Below, one piece after another: positions 1 to 12,196 of a stretch of 61,165 nt of DNA (the stretch's first letter is position 1; every line of letters starts with the position of its first letter). Below the pieces are notes generated by a model, which was not told where the DNA came from, did no database searches, and was given only the letters and a program-made list of their open reading frames with translations. Source of the stretch: Salpingoeca rosetta (lineage: Eukaryota > Protista > Choanoflagellata); the NCBI GenBank assembly GCA_033442325.1, contig JAWQFM010000023.1, forward strand, positions 504,098 to 565,262, in the 5' to 3' direction. A program made the position numbers and the translations under genes.

Positions 1-1111
1 ATCGTCCACTTCGCCAGTCGAGCGACACCGCCTCTCAGCACGGGTCACTTGGACGGACGAGTTCAAGGTATGTGCCTGTGTGTGCCTGTGTGTGTGTGTT
101 GTTTGTTTGTGTGTGCATCGGTGTCTGTGTCTGTGTCTGTGTGTGTCTGTGCGTGTCTGTCTGCGTGTGCGTCTGTGCGTGTCTGTGTGTGCCTGTGTGT
201 GTATGTGTGTGCCTGTGTGTGTATGTGTGTGCCTGTGTGTGCATATTCGCCTCAGTGAAGCTCATTTGGCTTGCACTGTTGGGTGTGAACATGTCATTCT
301 GCAAACACATAGGCCGACGTTATCAACATTGCAATTGCTGAAGGAGTACCTCAAAGAGAGGGTCGTTATGGCGTGGGAGAACTATGGGCCAACACAACCA
401 ATCGCTTTGTCCGGCAGCTGCAGGACGAGGGTGATGTTGATTTTATGCGAGCAGTGACTGTTAGGAAGGTTCGACGGATTGTGCAGGAGGTGATCAGCAT
501 CGTCCGCGACTACCTGAAGAAGAAGCCATCAACAGGTACGGTCTTCTGTAGGCTGTGCTTGCCTGCTTTCTTGCCACCTCCTTTGCATCTCTGATCTACG
601 TACAACCTTGCCAATCTTGACGCACTCAATCACTGTCAACAATGTGTGTCATTTGCTGTCTGCTTGCAGGGACCGCAAACACACCTCCGTTTGGTGAAGG
701 CGTCATGCAGGCCGCAACACTGTTCATCGAGCAGGCAAGTGCGGCCCCCTCCAAATCGGCAACGACGCTCGCACGCGAGCAGCGCCAAGCAGAAGAGCAA
801 GAGATGATCGACGCGGCCATGCAGTCTGGCAGGATCGCTGAGTCGGTGGATGACGTGCCAACACCCAAGAAACCCAAGAAGAACCATCGATCCAAGTCAA
901 TCGACGACACGCAGGTATTTCATCGGGCACTTGACGCGCTCCTTGAGGATTGCAAGCGCGCAAGGGAACAGCAAGAGAGGTAAGCATGTTCTCGTTGTCA
1001 TTGTATCCGTGGTGTCTGTTCGATGGGTGCTTGCAATTACATTGCGGCGTTTGTAGAGCATTGTTACAACCTGCTATTGAGTCACATAGCCGCCCCGTGC
1101 GTCTTTCTTGA
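1..1111 (+). CDS. Myb/SANT-like (trihelix) DNA-binding protein, Harbinger accessory ORF; 5' partial, 3' end uncertain
   Basis: Exons <1-67, 313-535 and 670-979 join in frame via GT-AG introns: ...RVTWTDEFK|ADVINIAIAEG...ELWANTTNRF...TVRKVRRIV. The R-x-x-W-T-x-E and W-x-x-x-x-x-x-F pattern resembles Myb/SANT-trihelix helices. A basic PKKPKK patch follows. It is convergent with the Harbinger transposase. The last exon is a guess (1057-1111). Confidence 0.65.
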
Positions 1112-1487
1112 TGGCGTTTGCATGAAAAGACAGAACCGAGCTAGACTTGCGATGCCAAACTGGTCACCGACAGGCTTTTGCCGCCGCCATCACCTTCGGG
1201 CGAAGAGAGAACACCATAAGGCTTCCGCATCATCTAGCGACCGCTGTCCTGCTGTGTGTCTTCAACTCTCATTTTACGTGCTTGTGTGTTTGTGAAGCGT
1301 GTGTGCCTTCTCAGCCGTTTCACGCCCATTCGTGTGCGCGTGAGCATGTGCGTGAGTGTGTGTGTGTGTGTGTCTGTGATCGGCAGTTCATCTGTGCGTG
1401 TTTAATACACCATTTGCATGCAGAGCTAATCGACATCACACACTGCGTTCATATAGAAGCGACAAACAAAGACAGAGGTGGCCATGA

Positions 1488-3625
1488 TCACACATACTCT
1501 TCAAGCTCAGGGGGATCCAGACCCGTGAAGTCAGACGTCTCACACCCGTACAAACAGGTGTGACAATTGCAGAGTAAACACGCGACAAGGCATAGTTTAC
1601 CGACAGGTTGCCACAGCACCTTGAGGTTCTTGCCGAAGTCAAGGAACGCAAAGATTGTGAAGAGCTTGCCAAAGCCCCATTCCACACTGCATCAGATGTA
1701 AGCAAGTATGCATGTTTTTGTCAGTCGTTGAACGAATGGCACGAGAGCATAACAATAGGAGGCTCTGGAGTTCACCACGCACACACACGCTCTCACACAC
1801 GCAAGACAACACACGCGAGCACACACACAAACACGCGCACACACACCTTTGCCGAAACTTTGACATCAAGTAGTTGTGCCGTCGCTAAAGTCGCCCACCA
1901 CACATGGATAGGTGCAGACGCGAGAGTAATTGAGTATGCAAACACAGCGTTCGGTGGCTGTGCGAGGTGGATACGTTGTCTTGGTTCGATTGCAGCCAGT
2001 AAGGATGTAAGTGAAGGTGGTGTATGTGTGCACGTTTTGTGCACATCATCGGGCCTCACCTTTGCACTTCCTGCGGGCGGCTGTCGGAAAGGCCGTCGAA
2101 GCCTGGGGCCCCAGGGATACGCACCGTCCCCATAAAGCATATAGCCATCGGGGACATCTGCAGGCGGGAGCAAAGGCAATACAATGGGATGGACAGTTCA
2201 AAGGTCGTTGATCGCACATCCGCCAACCTCACTAGCAAGTTGCTATGACACAAGCAGCCTCTGACAACGTGACAACGTACCAAGTCTGTTGATGTGTCCC
2301 TCCACGCGGGACTCATGGTACATCCTGGCGTCGTGGTGAGTCCCTGGGAACGGTCCAAAGAAACTCGCCATCAGTCCACAGGGGGTCATGACCCCCTGGA
2401 ACTTGATGGCGTGCGTCCGTTTGTAACCTGTATAGAGGATATCCTCAAAGATAACAGGACGACAAACAGACTTCACGGTCCCGTCAATGAAACCGAAGAA
2501 GTGGGGAGGTGCTGGGCAGCCCTAGTGGGGGGGGGTGAGCTTGCATTAGCAAACACGCACACACACACGCACGCACACACACAGACGCACACAGACGCAC
2601 AGATATACACACATACGCACACGCACACGCACACACGCATGCACACACACATACGCACACGCACACACACACGCATGCACACACACACGCACACACGCAT
2701 GCACACACACATACGCATGCACACACACATACGCATGCACACACACATACGCACACGCACACACACACACGCACACACACACACACGCACGCATGCACAC
2801 ACGCATGCACACACACACACACGCATGCACACAGACACAGGCATACACAGACACACGCATGCACACAGACACACGCATGCACACAGACACACGCATGCAC
2901 ACACACGCACTAACCTTTCGTTCCAAGGTGTCAGCATACAGCTTGCACCGCTCCTTGGACAGCATAGTTTCATCAAACGCAATCTGTACCAAACAAACAC
3001 AAGGTGGCCAAGTAAGACCAGAGCAGTTCAATACAGACATGCATGACGTGCAAGGCCAGGAACAGCACACCTTGTTCTTGTATCGCGCGAAGAGGTCATC
3101 CAGGACGCAGTTGATAACACTTGAGATCTTTGCTTCACTCCATGCCACAAGCGCAATCTGAATCTCCACGAGCCGACAAGGGTATGCCAGTCTGTAGAGT
3201 AACAGTGCCAGCGCCTCCACGCCACGGGCCCTGATGCCACACACGACATTCCCATCAGCGATCAACCCTTGAACAACCAAGTGCACAATTAAGCCCCATC
3301 AGCTACGACTAATCCGTATCGGTGTACCATTTGCATACCTGTATCCATGGCGAGTAACGTACGTGTCTGGGATGCGAAGTGCATCCGCCAACCGAAGCAT
3401 ATCGTCCACAGTATTGACGCGGAACAAGCGGTAGAATGCCCCAGGGTCAATGCGATGCAGATCAAGCCTCGCCCCCGGGTCACACCTCACACGTGGGGGC
3501 CGTTTACACAGTGACAGGAGTCGCGCAACTAAGACCAATGCCATGTCAACCCTCGAAGACAGCATAGCAAGCATCAACAAGCGCCTGAGGTACCGCCTTT
3601 GGCGCCAAGACGAAGACCGAGGCAT
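1488..3625 (-). CDS. PIF/Harbinger DDE transposase (DDE_Tnp_4/HARBI1-like), 7 exons
   Basis: Exons 3625-3339, 3230-3071, 2983-2915, 2521-2281, 2157-2060, 1884-1847 and 1686-1488 splice in frame. Motifs: [65 protein letters not shown]. The D-D-E triad is intact. The start codon is uncertain. Confidence 0.92.
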
Positions 3626-3746
3626 CCCGCGCGCCCACGACAAACCAACGGCAAAGCCGTCGTAAAAGTCAAACTCCGCCACCTTCGCCGAACCACAAAC
3701 CACACCGTCAATTTTCCTGCATTGCCGCTTGTAAAATCTCTCTCTT

Positions 3747-4250
3747 GTGTGCTACAGCGATGCCAGCTTCGGCACAGACCAGCTGACGGGCCGCTCCACG
3801 ACGGGCTTCACCTGCTACATCAACGGCTGTCTTGTGTCTTGGAGCAGCCGGCTGCAACCCACGGTTGCGCTGAGCACCGCCGAGGCCGAGTACATGGCCG
3901 TCTCCGCAGCAGCGCAGGACGTCGTCTTCCTGCGGCAGCTGCTCATGGACCTCGACGAGCCCGAGGCTGGAGCCACCAAGATGCTGACAGATAACCAGGC
4001 GGCCATCGCCATCGGCAACGACCACGTCACCAAGCCGCGCACGAAGCACATCCGGGTACGCCACCACTTCGTGCGGGAGCTCATCGCCGACGGAACCATT
4101 GTGCTGCAGCACTGTCCCGGCACGCGGATGGTTGCCGACGCGCTGACCAAGGCACTGGACAAGCAGACCTTCGAGCAGCACCTGCCACGACTGGTGGGAA
4201 CCTCGACGGCTGAGGCGGAGCAGAGGAAGGCAGTTGAGGGGGAGTGTTGA
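3747..4250 (+). pseudogene. Ty1/copia pol C-terminal fragment (RNase H)
   Basis: YSDASF...RSTTG...VSWSSRLQPTVALSTAEAEY...TDNQAAI...RTKHIRVRHHFVRE...MVADALTKAL is the copia RNase HI signature. The upstream RT is absent. Confidence 0.93.
4235..4244 (+). other. Polypurine tract (PPT) of copia element A
   Basis: TGAGGGGGAG immediately precedes the TG start of the LTR. Confidence 0.85.
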
Positions 4251-4798
4251 GAGTCAGTGAGTTTCTGTTTTGTGTTGAGTCCTTCCTAATTTGCCTTCTC
4301 ATGTGGTTTTGTCTTGTTTGCCAACAACACCTGCTTTGTGGTTTTTCCGTTGACAAACATTCCTTTCTCTCTGCTGGCATGTGTGCCAACTGCCTCTCCT
4401 CTCCTCCTCCTTCTGCACACGTGAGTTGTGTGTCATGTGTGCCATGTGTGTGTGCATGCCCGTCATGCTTGGCAAATGCCATGTGTGCGTGTCATGCAGT
4501 GTTGTGAAGTGTTGTCTGTTGTGTATGCTTGCCTGCAAGCATTCATGCCATGCTTAGCATTGCTCTGCGCGCATGTATGCATGCTGCTCATTGTTTAGAT
4601 TGTTTGTGTTCGCGCACACGCTGCCCATGTCGCCTTGGCAGCGTCATTGACTGTGTGTGCACTTGTCTAGTGTTTGTTTGAGCGTGCTGCCCGAGTTGAT
4701 TTGGCAGCAGCTTGCTGTGCTTGTTCATTCTCCTTGTGTTCTTGTTTGTTGCGTTTGCCTACAGTAAACACACACACACCACCTGTCGTGTCTCAACA
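4245..4798 (+). mobile_element. 3' LTR of copia element A (554 bp)
   Basis: Starts TGTTGAGA directly after the PPT and ends TCTCAACA, a perfect 8-bp terminal inverted repeat (TG...CA). It abuts the truncated gag of element B. Confidence 0.85.
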
Positions 4799-5899
4799 GC
4801 CGTTGCCGTGGTTGCGAAGCGTAGCCAGGATCTGCCGCACATCGATGACGTGGTAGCGCTTGGCCGCCTGCAGCTTGCGGCACTGCTGCGCGCAGTGGCC
4901 GCGGAAGCTGCAAAACGCGCAAGTCACGCGCTCTGCAGGTGGACAGCATGGTCCACCGCTCGTGTCAGAGGGCGACGTGCCAGCGTGCATCGGCGATGCA
5001 GCGAAGGAGCCAGAGCCTGGCCCACCGATGGCGAGCACAGGCGTGCGCTTCTTGGGACGATGCAGGCGTCGCTCTTCCTGGATGAGGTCCGCCGTCATCT
5101 TGGACAGTGACGGCGGCGGGTCCTCGCGCTCCATGAACCGCATCGCCACATCAAACTCTGCGGGGAGTTCGTTGCGGACGAGGGTGCGCAGGTCGTCCTC
5201 CGGGATGGACACGCCGGCAGCGAGGAGCTGCGAGTTGATGTCCGTGATGCGGGACATGAACGTGTCGACGGTGTCCGTGGGCAACCAGGTGGTCGAGGAG
5301 AGCTGCTGTCTGAGGCGGCTGACGTGGTCCTTGCCGCTGCGGATGTAGCGCTCGCGGAGGCGGCGCAGCGCAAGCACACCGGAGCGGCCACGGTTGTCGG
5401 TGATGGCCAGCTGCAGCGGGTGTCCCGTCAGGACGCCAAGGAGGAACGCGAAGATGGCTGCGTCAACCTGTGGATCACGGGGATCCAGCAGGCCAGAGGC
5501 TCGGGACGCCACGTGCGCTCCTCCGCTCGGAGTGGCGGACGCAGGGAGAGAGGAAGAGGAGGAAGATGGCTGAACGCCGTGGTCGTCGCCATCGCCCTCG
5601 TCGTCGTCATCGTCGTCGTGGTCCCCCGCGTCGTGGCGGACGCCAGTGCGGCGAGGGCCGCGTTGAGCGCGGGAGCGAGTGCGGGGAACCGAAGCACCGT
5701 GGGCGCTTGGGCTCGGCGATGAGGCAGCTGCTGGGGCCTGCCCGTCTCCTTGGTGGTCAGCACCACCCTCGGCGATGATGCCAGCGTCGATGCCAGCGGC
5801 GATGAGCTTGGCCTCGACGGTGATGAAGAAGAGGTTGGCATCCTGCTCAGCGCCAGCGAAGACCTTGATGCCGTCTGCGCTAATTGAGCTGGGTCTCAT
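4799..5899 (-). pseudogene. Ty1/copia gag (capsid plus CCHC zinc knuckle) of element B, 3'-truncated by the LTR of element A
   Basis: Intronless ORF with a copia-gag-like helical core (LRRLRERY...LRQQL...TVDTFMSRI...L...ELPAEFD) and CAFCSFRGHCAQQC (CX2CX4HX4C). The ORF runs into the element A LTR shortly after the knuckle. Confidence 0.85.
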
Positions 5900-5903
5900 A
5901 ATC
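5889..5903 (-). promoter_or_regulatory. Primer-binding site complementary to the anticodon arm of a tRNA-Met (half-tRNA priming)
   Basis: Minus strand reads ...TGCAACA|GATTATGAGACCCAG: an LTR-type CA end followed by the complement of GTCTCATAATC (CAT anticodon loop). Confidence 0.7.
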
Positions 5904-6274
5904 TGTTGCAAGTTCATGGTGGTGGTGCTGTTGTTGGAGACTTGTGTGTGTGTGCTGTGTGTGAAGTGTGTGCTGTGTGTGCTGTGTGTGCTGTGTGTTG
6001 TGTAGGAAATTGTCTTGGCAAGAGAGAGAGTTGAGAATTTGCTGACTCAGCAAGCATTGCCACTGGAACAGTGATGTCAACAGTAGTCTGCCTAGACACC
6101 CATGGAGCGGGTAGTATCGCTGCCAAAGAGGCTGGTGCCGTAGCGCGGCAGAAGCACGACGCGGAATGACACCACAAGATACTTGGCGACGACCTGATGA
6201 AGCTGGTCCACGCAGTCCCTCACCATTTGCAGAACATTGAGCAAACACAAATGCGACACACTGTACGTGCAACA
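5904..6274 (-). mobile_element. Candidate 5' LTR of copia element B (outer boundary uncertain)
   Basis: The inner edge TGTTGCA at 5904 is adjacent to the PBS. A matching TGCAACA occurs at 6268-6274, but the LTR may instead be truncated near 6000. Confidence 0.4.
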
Positions 6275-7124
6275 TGTTGTAGGAAAATGTGACGTGAACA
6301 TTCCACAACGCAGGACAGGCAAATGAGCGATATGAAATTCTTCGGGCTGCAACTGGAGAAGGGAGGACAATGACATGATGAAGCAGATATGGCATGCTTG
6401 TCAACACCTCGTCGCACCAGGCTACGACGTTATTCGTCTGGCAAGCACGTGAACACCAAACATCATGTCCACGACAATTTAGCACACACGTTTCGGCCCC
6501 CCGAGATTAATGCTACCAAATGACAAACAAGCACATGAGTGTGAGTAGACGCATACGCAGGAACAGAAGTGGATGTCAACGCGCCTGTTGTGAGAGCGCA
6601 GCACCCGACCTGCACCCGTGAGTAGCCACGGCCACTCGTTGATCTTCTGCCAGTTCCTTTGGTTTTTTTTTTCTATTGCAGTGTTGATTCTGCCACGCCG
6701 CCAAAGTTTTGAAGTGACTAATGGACAAAACGTAAATGATGTGGTGCGTTGTCTCCAGTGAACGTGAACGCTCCATACTACTGATTGCCTGAACAATCAC
6801 ACAGTCACATACACAAACGTCAACACTGGTTTGATACCATCTGCATCCACATCACGCTGACGGGAATCCTGTTTCATGAGGTTTGCAAAGCTCATGGATT
6901 TCATCTTCTCTTGCACGAGGCTCTTATTATTCACATCAGTCTTCATTCAGTTTGTCTAACGTTATCGCAACACGCGTGGAATCTGCACGTGGACCTTTAC
7001 CTTCCCGAGTACAGCGAACTCGCACAATTCCGTAAGCAAACAGCGCTCTGATGGCCGCTCATACAACTATATTTAGCCCGATATCCTATTTTTCTGACAC
7101 CACGTTGAAACCCCCCCCCCCACG

Positions 7125-7146
7125 ATGATGAAGTGCCATTACGAGG

Positions 7147-7224
<78 letters not shown>

Positions 7225-7982
7225 TGTGTGTGTGCAGCTGATGTGTGTGTGTGTGTGTGTGTGTTTCTCCTTTTGTGGCGTTTCCAGCGTCTCTCATCAC
7301 TGATGAACACAACACAACACAACACAACACAACACAACACAACACAACACAACACAACACAACACCACACAACACAACACCACACAACACAACACAACAC
7401 AACACAACACAACACAACACAACACAACACAACACAACACGCAGGTGCTGGGTGTGGAGCAGAGCGCCACAGATGATGAGTTGAAGAAGGCCTATCGCCG
7501 CATGGCGCGGCAGCTTCACCCAGGTGCCCGTGCTCCTGCGCATGGGGGAGGGGAGTGATTCGTCCTTCTGCCTTCGCAAACCTTCTGTGTTCCCCCTGTT
7601 CTCAAACTCCTGTGCTTTGTGCTGCATTGTCAGACAAGAATCGTGGCAATGAAGAGGAAGCAACGCAGCAATTTCAGCTCGTGCAGGCCGCATATGCCGT
7701 CCTGAGCGATCCACAAGAACGAGCGTGGTACGACAAGCACCGGGAAGCCATTCTCCGATGGCACACTTGCCACCTGGTGTGGATGCCGCCGCTTGCCCTC
7801 CTCGCCTCTCGTCCTCACAGCGCTCGGCTTTGTCATCCGGACACAGACACAGACACACACACAGACACAGACACACACACACACACACACACAGTAATAC
7901 ACACACACAGACAGACAGACATGACGTGACACGAATGTGAGACAGTGAGTTGACACAGACACAGGCTGAGACAATGTCACAC

Positions 7983-8033
<51 letters not shown>

Positions 8034-8191
8034 CCCACGCACACACAGCCACACAGTAATACACACACACACACACACAGACAGACAGACACATAGACAC
8101 ACGCACACGCACACGCACACGCACACGCACACGCACACGCACACACACACACAGACACACAGACACACACACACACACACACAGACACACA

Positions 8192-8248
<57 letters not shown>

Positions 8249-9357
8249 CGACCCCCCCCCCACACACACGTTGCGTGTGCTGTGCCCGTCTTCTAACACG
8301 CTGAGCTTTGTTTTGTGCATTTGCCAACATCACATTGCAGCACACGGCGGCGATGGTGCAGAGGGTGTGGATGTGATGCCGTACTTCTCCACGACCGCCT
8401 TCACTGGTTATGACGACAGCCCCCAGGTTCGGTCTGTGCTCGTGCCTGTTCAAACTCAACCTGATGCGTTTGAATGTCATGGGTGTGACCTTACTTCTAC
8501 CGTGCTTCTCCCATGTTTCCTGATACGTCAGGGCTTCTACACCGTGTATCGAGAGCTTTTCCAGCGCATTGTTGAAGATGAACAAGCTCATCATGAAGCT
8601 CTCCAGCGACAAGGATATTCCCAGCTTTTGGTGTGTGTGCGCGCACATGCGTGTACATGTGTGCTGCTTGTGTCGTTGAGAACAGCCAACAAACAAAACG
8701 GCATGTGATGGCCGCTCATTTTAACCTGTTGTCGTGTCGGCCTTGGGTTGCGTTACCACCCTGCTTCGCCCCCACCACCACCCAACTATTNNNNNNNNNN
8801 NNNNNNNNNNNNNNNNNNNNNNNNNNNNNNNNNNNNNNNNNNNNNNNNNNNNNNNNNNNNNNNNNNNNNNNNNNNNNNNNNNNNNNNNNNNNNNNNNCGT
8901 TCCTCCTCCGTCTCCTCGTCTCTTCGTCTCGCAAATTCTGCTGGTTGGGACCCTGTTCCTCGTTTGCGTTCCTGTCACACTTGTTCACACACACACACAC
9001 ACACATACACTTTGCAGATGGCGTTTGGGGATCTGGCGTTGCACTCATTCCCTGGTGTACACAGACCACGTACGAAACAAGAAGGAGGAGAGCAACGAAA
9101 AGAACAACCACCACCACCACCACCGATGGCACACTTGCCACCTGGTGTGGATGCCGCCGCTTGCCCTCCTCGCCTCTCGTCCTCACAGCGCTCGGCTTTG
9201 TCATCCGTGCAATCGCGCCAGCAGACTGGGTTGTATTGAAATGATTGCAGCCAGGCAAGGCTTTAACAAGAAACACAACGAGCAGTTGGCATGGCATGAC
9301 GTGACACGAATGTGAGACAGTGAGTTGACACAGACACAGGCTGAGACAATGTCACAC

Positions 9358-9456
<99 letters not shown>

Positions 9457-9575
9457 GACAGACACATAGACACACGCACACGCACACCCACCAAACGAAA
9501 TTTTTATTTATTTTTTTTCTCCCGCGAAATTTGAAAAGCGCAAGAGTCAGAAACACGAGAGACACAGACACAGAC

Positions 9576-9622
<47 letters not shown>

Positions 9623-12123
9623 CGACCCCCCCCCCACACACACGTTGCGTGTGCTGTGCCCGTCTTCTAACACGCTGAGCTTTGTTTTGTGCATTTGCCA
9701 ACATCACATTGCAGCACACGGCGGCGATGGTGCAGAGGGTGTGGATGTGATGCCGTACTTCTCCACGACCGCCTTCACTGGTTATGACGACAGCCCCCAG
9801 GTTCGGTCTGTGCTCGTGCCTGTTCAAACTCAACCTGATGCGTTTGAATGTCATGGGTGTGACCTTACTTCTACCGTGCTTCTCCCATGTTTCCTGATAC
9901 GTCAGGGCTTCTACACCGTGTATCGAGAGCTTTTCCAGCGCATTGTTGAAGATGAACAGCTCATCATGAAGCTCTCCAGCGACAAGGATATTCCCAGCTT
10001 TGGTGTGTGTGCGCGCACATGCGTGTACATGTGTGCTGCTTGTGTCGTTGAGAACAGCCAACAAACAAACCGCATGTGATGGCCGCTCCTTTTAAGCTGT
10101 TGTCGTGTCGTCCTTGGTTGCGTTCACCACCCTGCTTCGCCACCACCACCACCACAGGAGACAGCAGGAGTAATGTCCAGAAGGTCGTCCGGCCATTTTA
10201 TAAGCACTGGGATGCATTCACCACGCGTCGCCATTTTCATTCATGCGATAAATGGGACCTTCGCGACGTATGTTGGGCTGTGATGCTTTTGTCTGCCTTT
10301 GCTTGCATGGCCTCGTCTTGTGGTTCACCCTGGCTGGCGTTCTTGTGACAGCGTGTCACTTCCATGCTGGAGGCCAACAGGAGCGCTTGGTCTTCCTTGC
10401 CACATTTGTGCGCGGCGCGGAGTACATTGCCGTGTGCGTCACAGTGACGATTCGCTTGTGTTGCGCTGATGTGTCGCTTGTCCCATCTGCTGCTGGTGAT
10501 ATCGCAGGCACCCAACCGCCGCGTGCGCCGGCTGATGGAGAAGGAGAACAAGAAGTTGCGAGCGACTGCAAAGAAGGAATATGTGGCCACTGTTCGGGTG
10601 AGCGATCAAGTGGTTTCTTGCGTCTGTGCATCGGAATGCCAACTGCTGAAGCGTGCTTCGTTTCAGTGTGTACGTCTCATGTCTCTTTGACTTGCCTTGC
10701 TTGTGCGCACCTGACCCACAGCAACTTGTGCGCTTTGTCAAGAAGCGCGACAAGAGGTATCAGCGCTACCTGGAGGAAGTGCGCGAACAGCGTGAGCGAG
10801 CACAACAGGAAGAGCAGCGCAGACAAGAAGCAAAGGTTGGCTTGCCCCACTTGCGATGTACGCATGCTGTGAGCGCGCGCTCTGTGCATCTGTCTGTGCC
10901 TGCCGTGTGCTTACTGCGCGTGTGCGCTGCGTCATCCGTGTGGAATGTGGTGCTGCTGGACTCTCGCCTGTTTTCAAATGCATTGCGTCCACTCCTCTTC
11001 GCCAGGAAAAGCGCCTCGCCGAAGAGCGTGCGCGACAAGAAGAACGGCTGGTGGCTCAGGCACAGCGCGTGATGGCAGACCGGGAGGATGATCTTAGCGC
11101 CCTTGACGCGTACTTTGATCAGCAGTTTGGTGCGTGAGCCAGTGAATGCGACTGTTTCTGTCCCACCCTCTTTCCCGAGTGCCCTCGTTTGCTTGCGTGT
11201 ATCGTATCTCATGTCCTCCTTTTGCCTTTTGCTGTGTCTTCGGCGAGCACGATTGTCTGTTGCGCTCGTTCCACCGCACGCACCTGATTCATTATGGTTG
11301 GTTTCTTTGAACTCCCAGGCGATGCTGATGAGGAAGATGACGCTGCGGAACGGCACGAGTGTGTTGCGTGCAATAAGGTCTTCAAAGCAGCCAAACAGTA
11401 CGTTGGGCAGACGCGTGACTTTGCAGGAAACGGCGAGAGATTTGCACTCGTCAACTGACTGCGCGTTGGCTCCTGTCTCTATCACTCGCTTTCCACGCAC
11501 ACACACATGCACACACGCACACACATGTGCAATGCAGGCTGGCGAATCACGAGCGGTCAAAGAAGCACAAACAGAAGGTGGAGCAGTTGAAGCGCGATCT
11601 GCTGGCGGAAGACGATGCTGCGGCGGAGATGGATGTGGCTGTCGGGGACGATGAGCGCGGGCTGGGTGGCCTGAACACAGACGACGTGGACGGTGATGAT
11701 GATTTCTTGGATGAACTTGAGCAGCTGAGCTTGCGGGCCTTCTTGGACGAGGAGGAAGAAGAAGCAGAGGAGGAAGAAGAGGAAGACCAAAGCGAGCAGG
11801 AGGATGAGGAGGAAGAACAGGAAGAAGAGCAGGAGGAAGAGCAGGAAGAAGAGGAAGAGGAGGAGGATGAGGATGAGGATGAGGATGAGGAGGATGCAGT
11901 CAGAATGGAGGTGCAGTATGCTCGGGCATCTGAAAGCGACGGCGAAGGTGAGGGCGATGAGAACGTAGCTGAGGGTGCGACGGAAGCTGCTGAACCATCC
12001 GATGGCCAGCCATCTTCGTCCCGACGCCGGCGTCGCCGTCGCAAAGTAGGAGAGAATGAGAGGGATTGCTTGGGGATGGGCTGGTGGAGGCAATGCTCAC
12101 ACCCAGAGAATACGAGGGAAGCA

Positions 12124-12196
<73 letters not shown>

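Larger units (their letters stand above)
1..3750. mobile_element. PIF/Harbinger DNA transposon (two convergent genes); left end lies outside the window
   Basis: Transposase plus Myb/SANT-like gene is the canonical Harbinger gene pair. TIR and TSD could not be identified. Confidence 0.75.

Noticed and set aside
3700-3755. Harbinger terminal inverted repeat and TSD
   Set aside because: The other end is outside the window and no TWA target duplication is evident, so it cannot be supported.
5889-5905. Possible tRNA-Met gene
   Set aside because: Only the anticodon arm matches, with no cloverleaf or A/B boxes. Explained as a retrotransposon PBS.
8340-8630. Mutually exclusive duplicated exons in DNAJC21
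   Set aside because: Introns are also near-identical between copies, and the differences are indels clustering toward the gap. This fits redundant contig ends.
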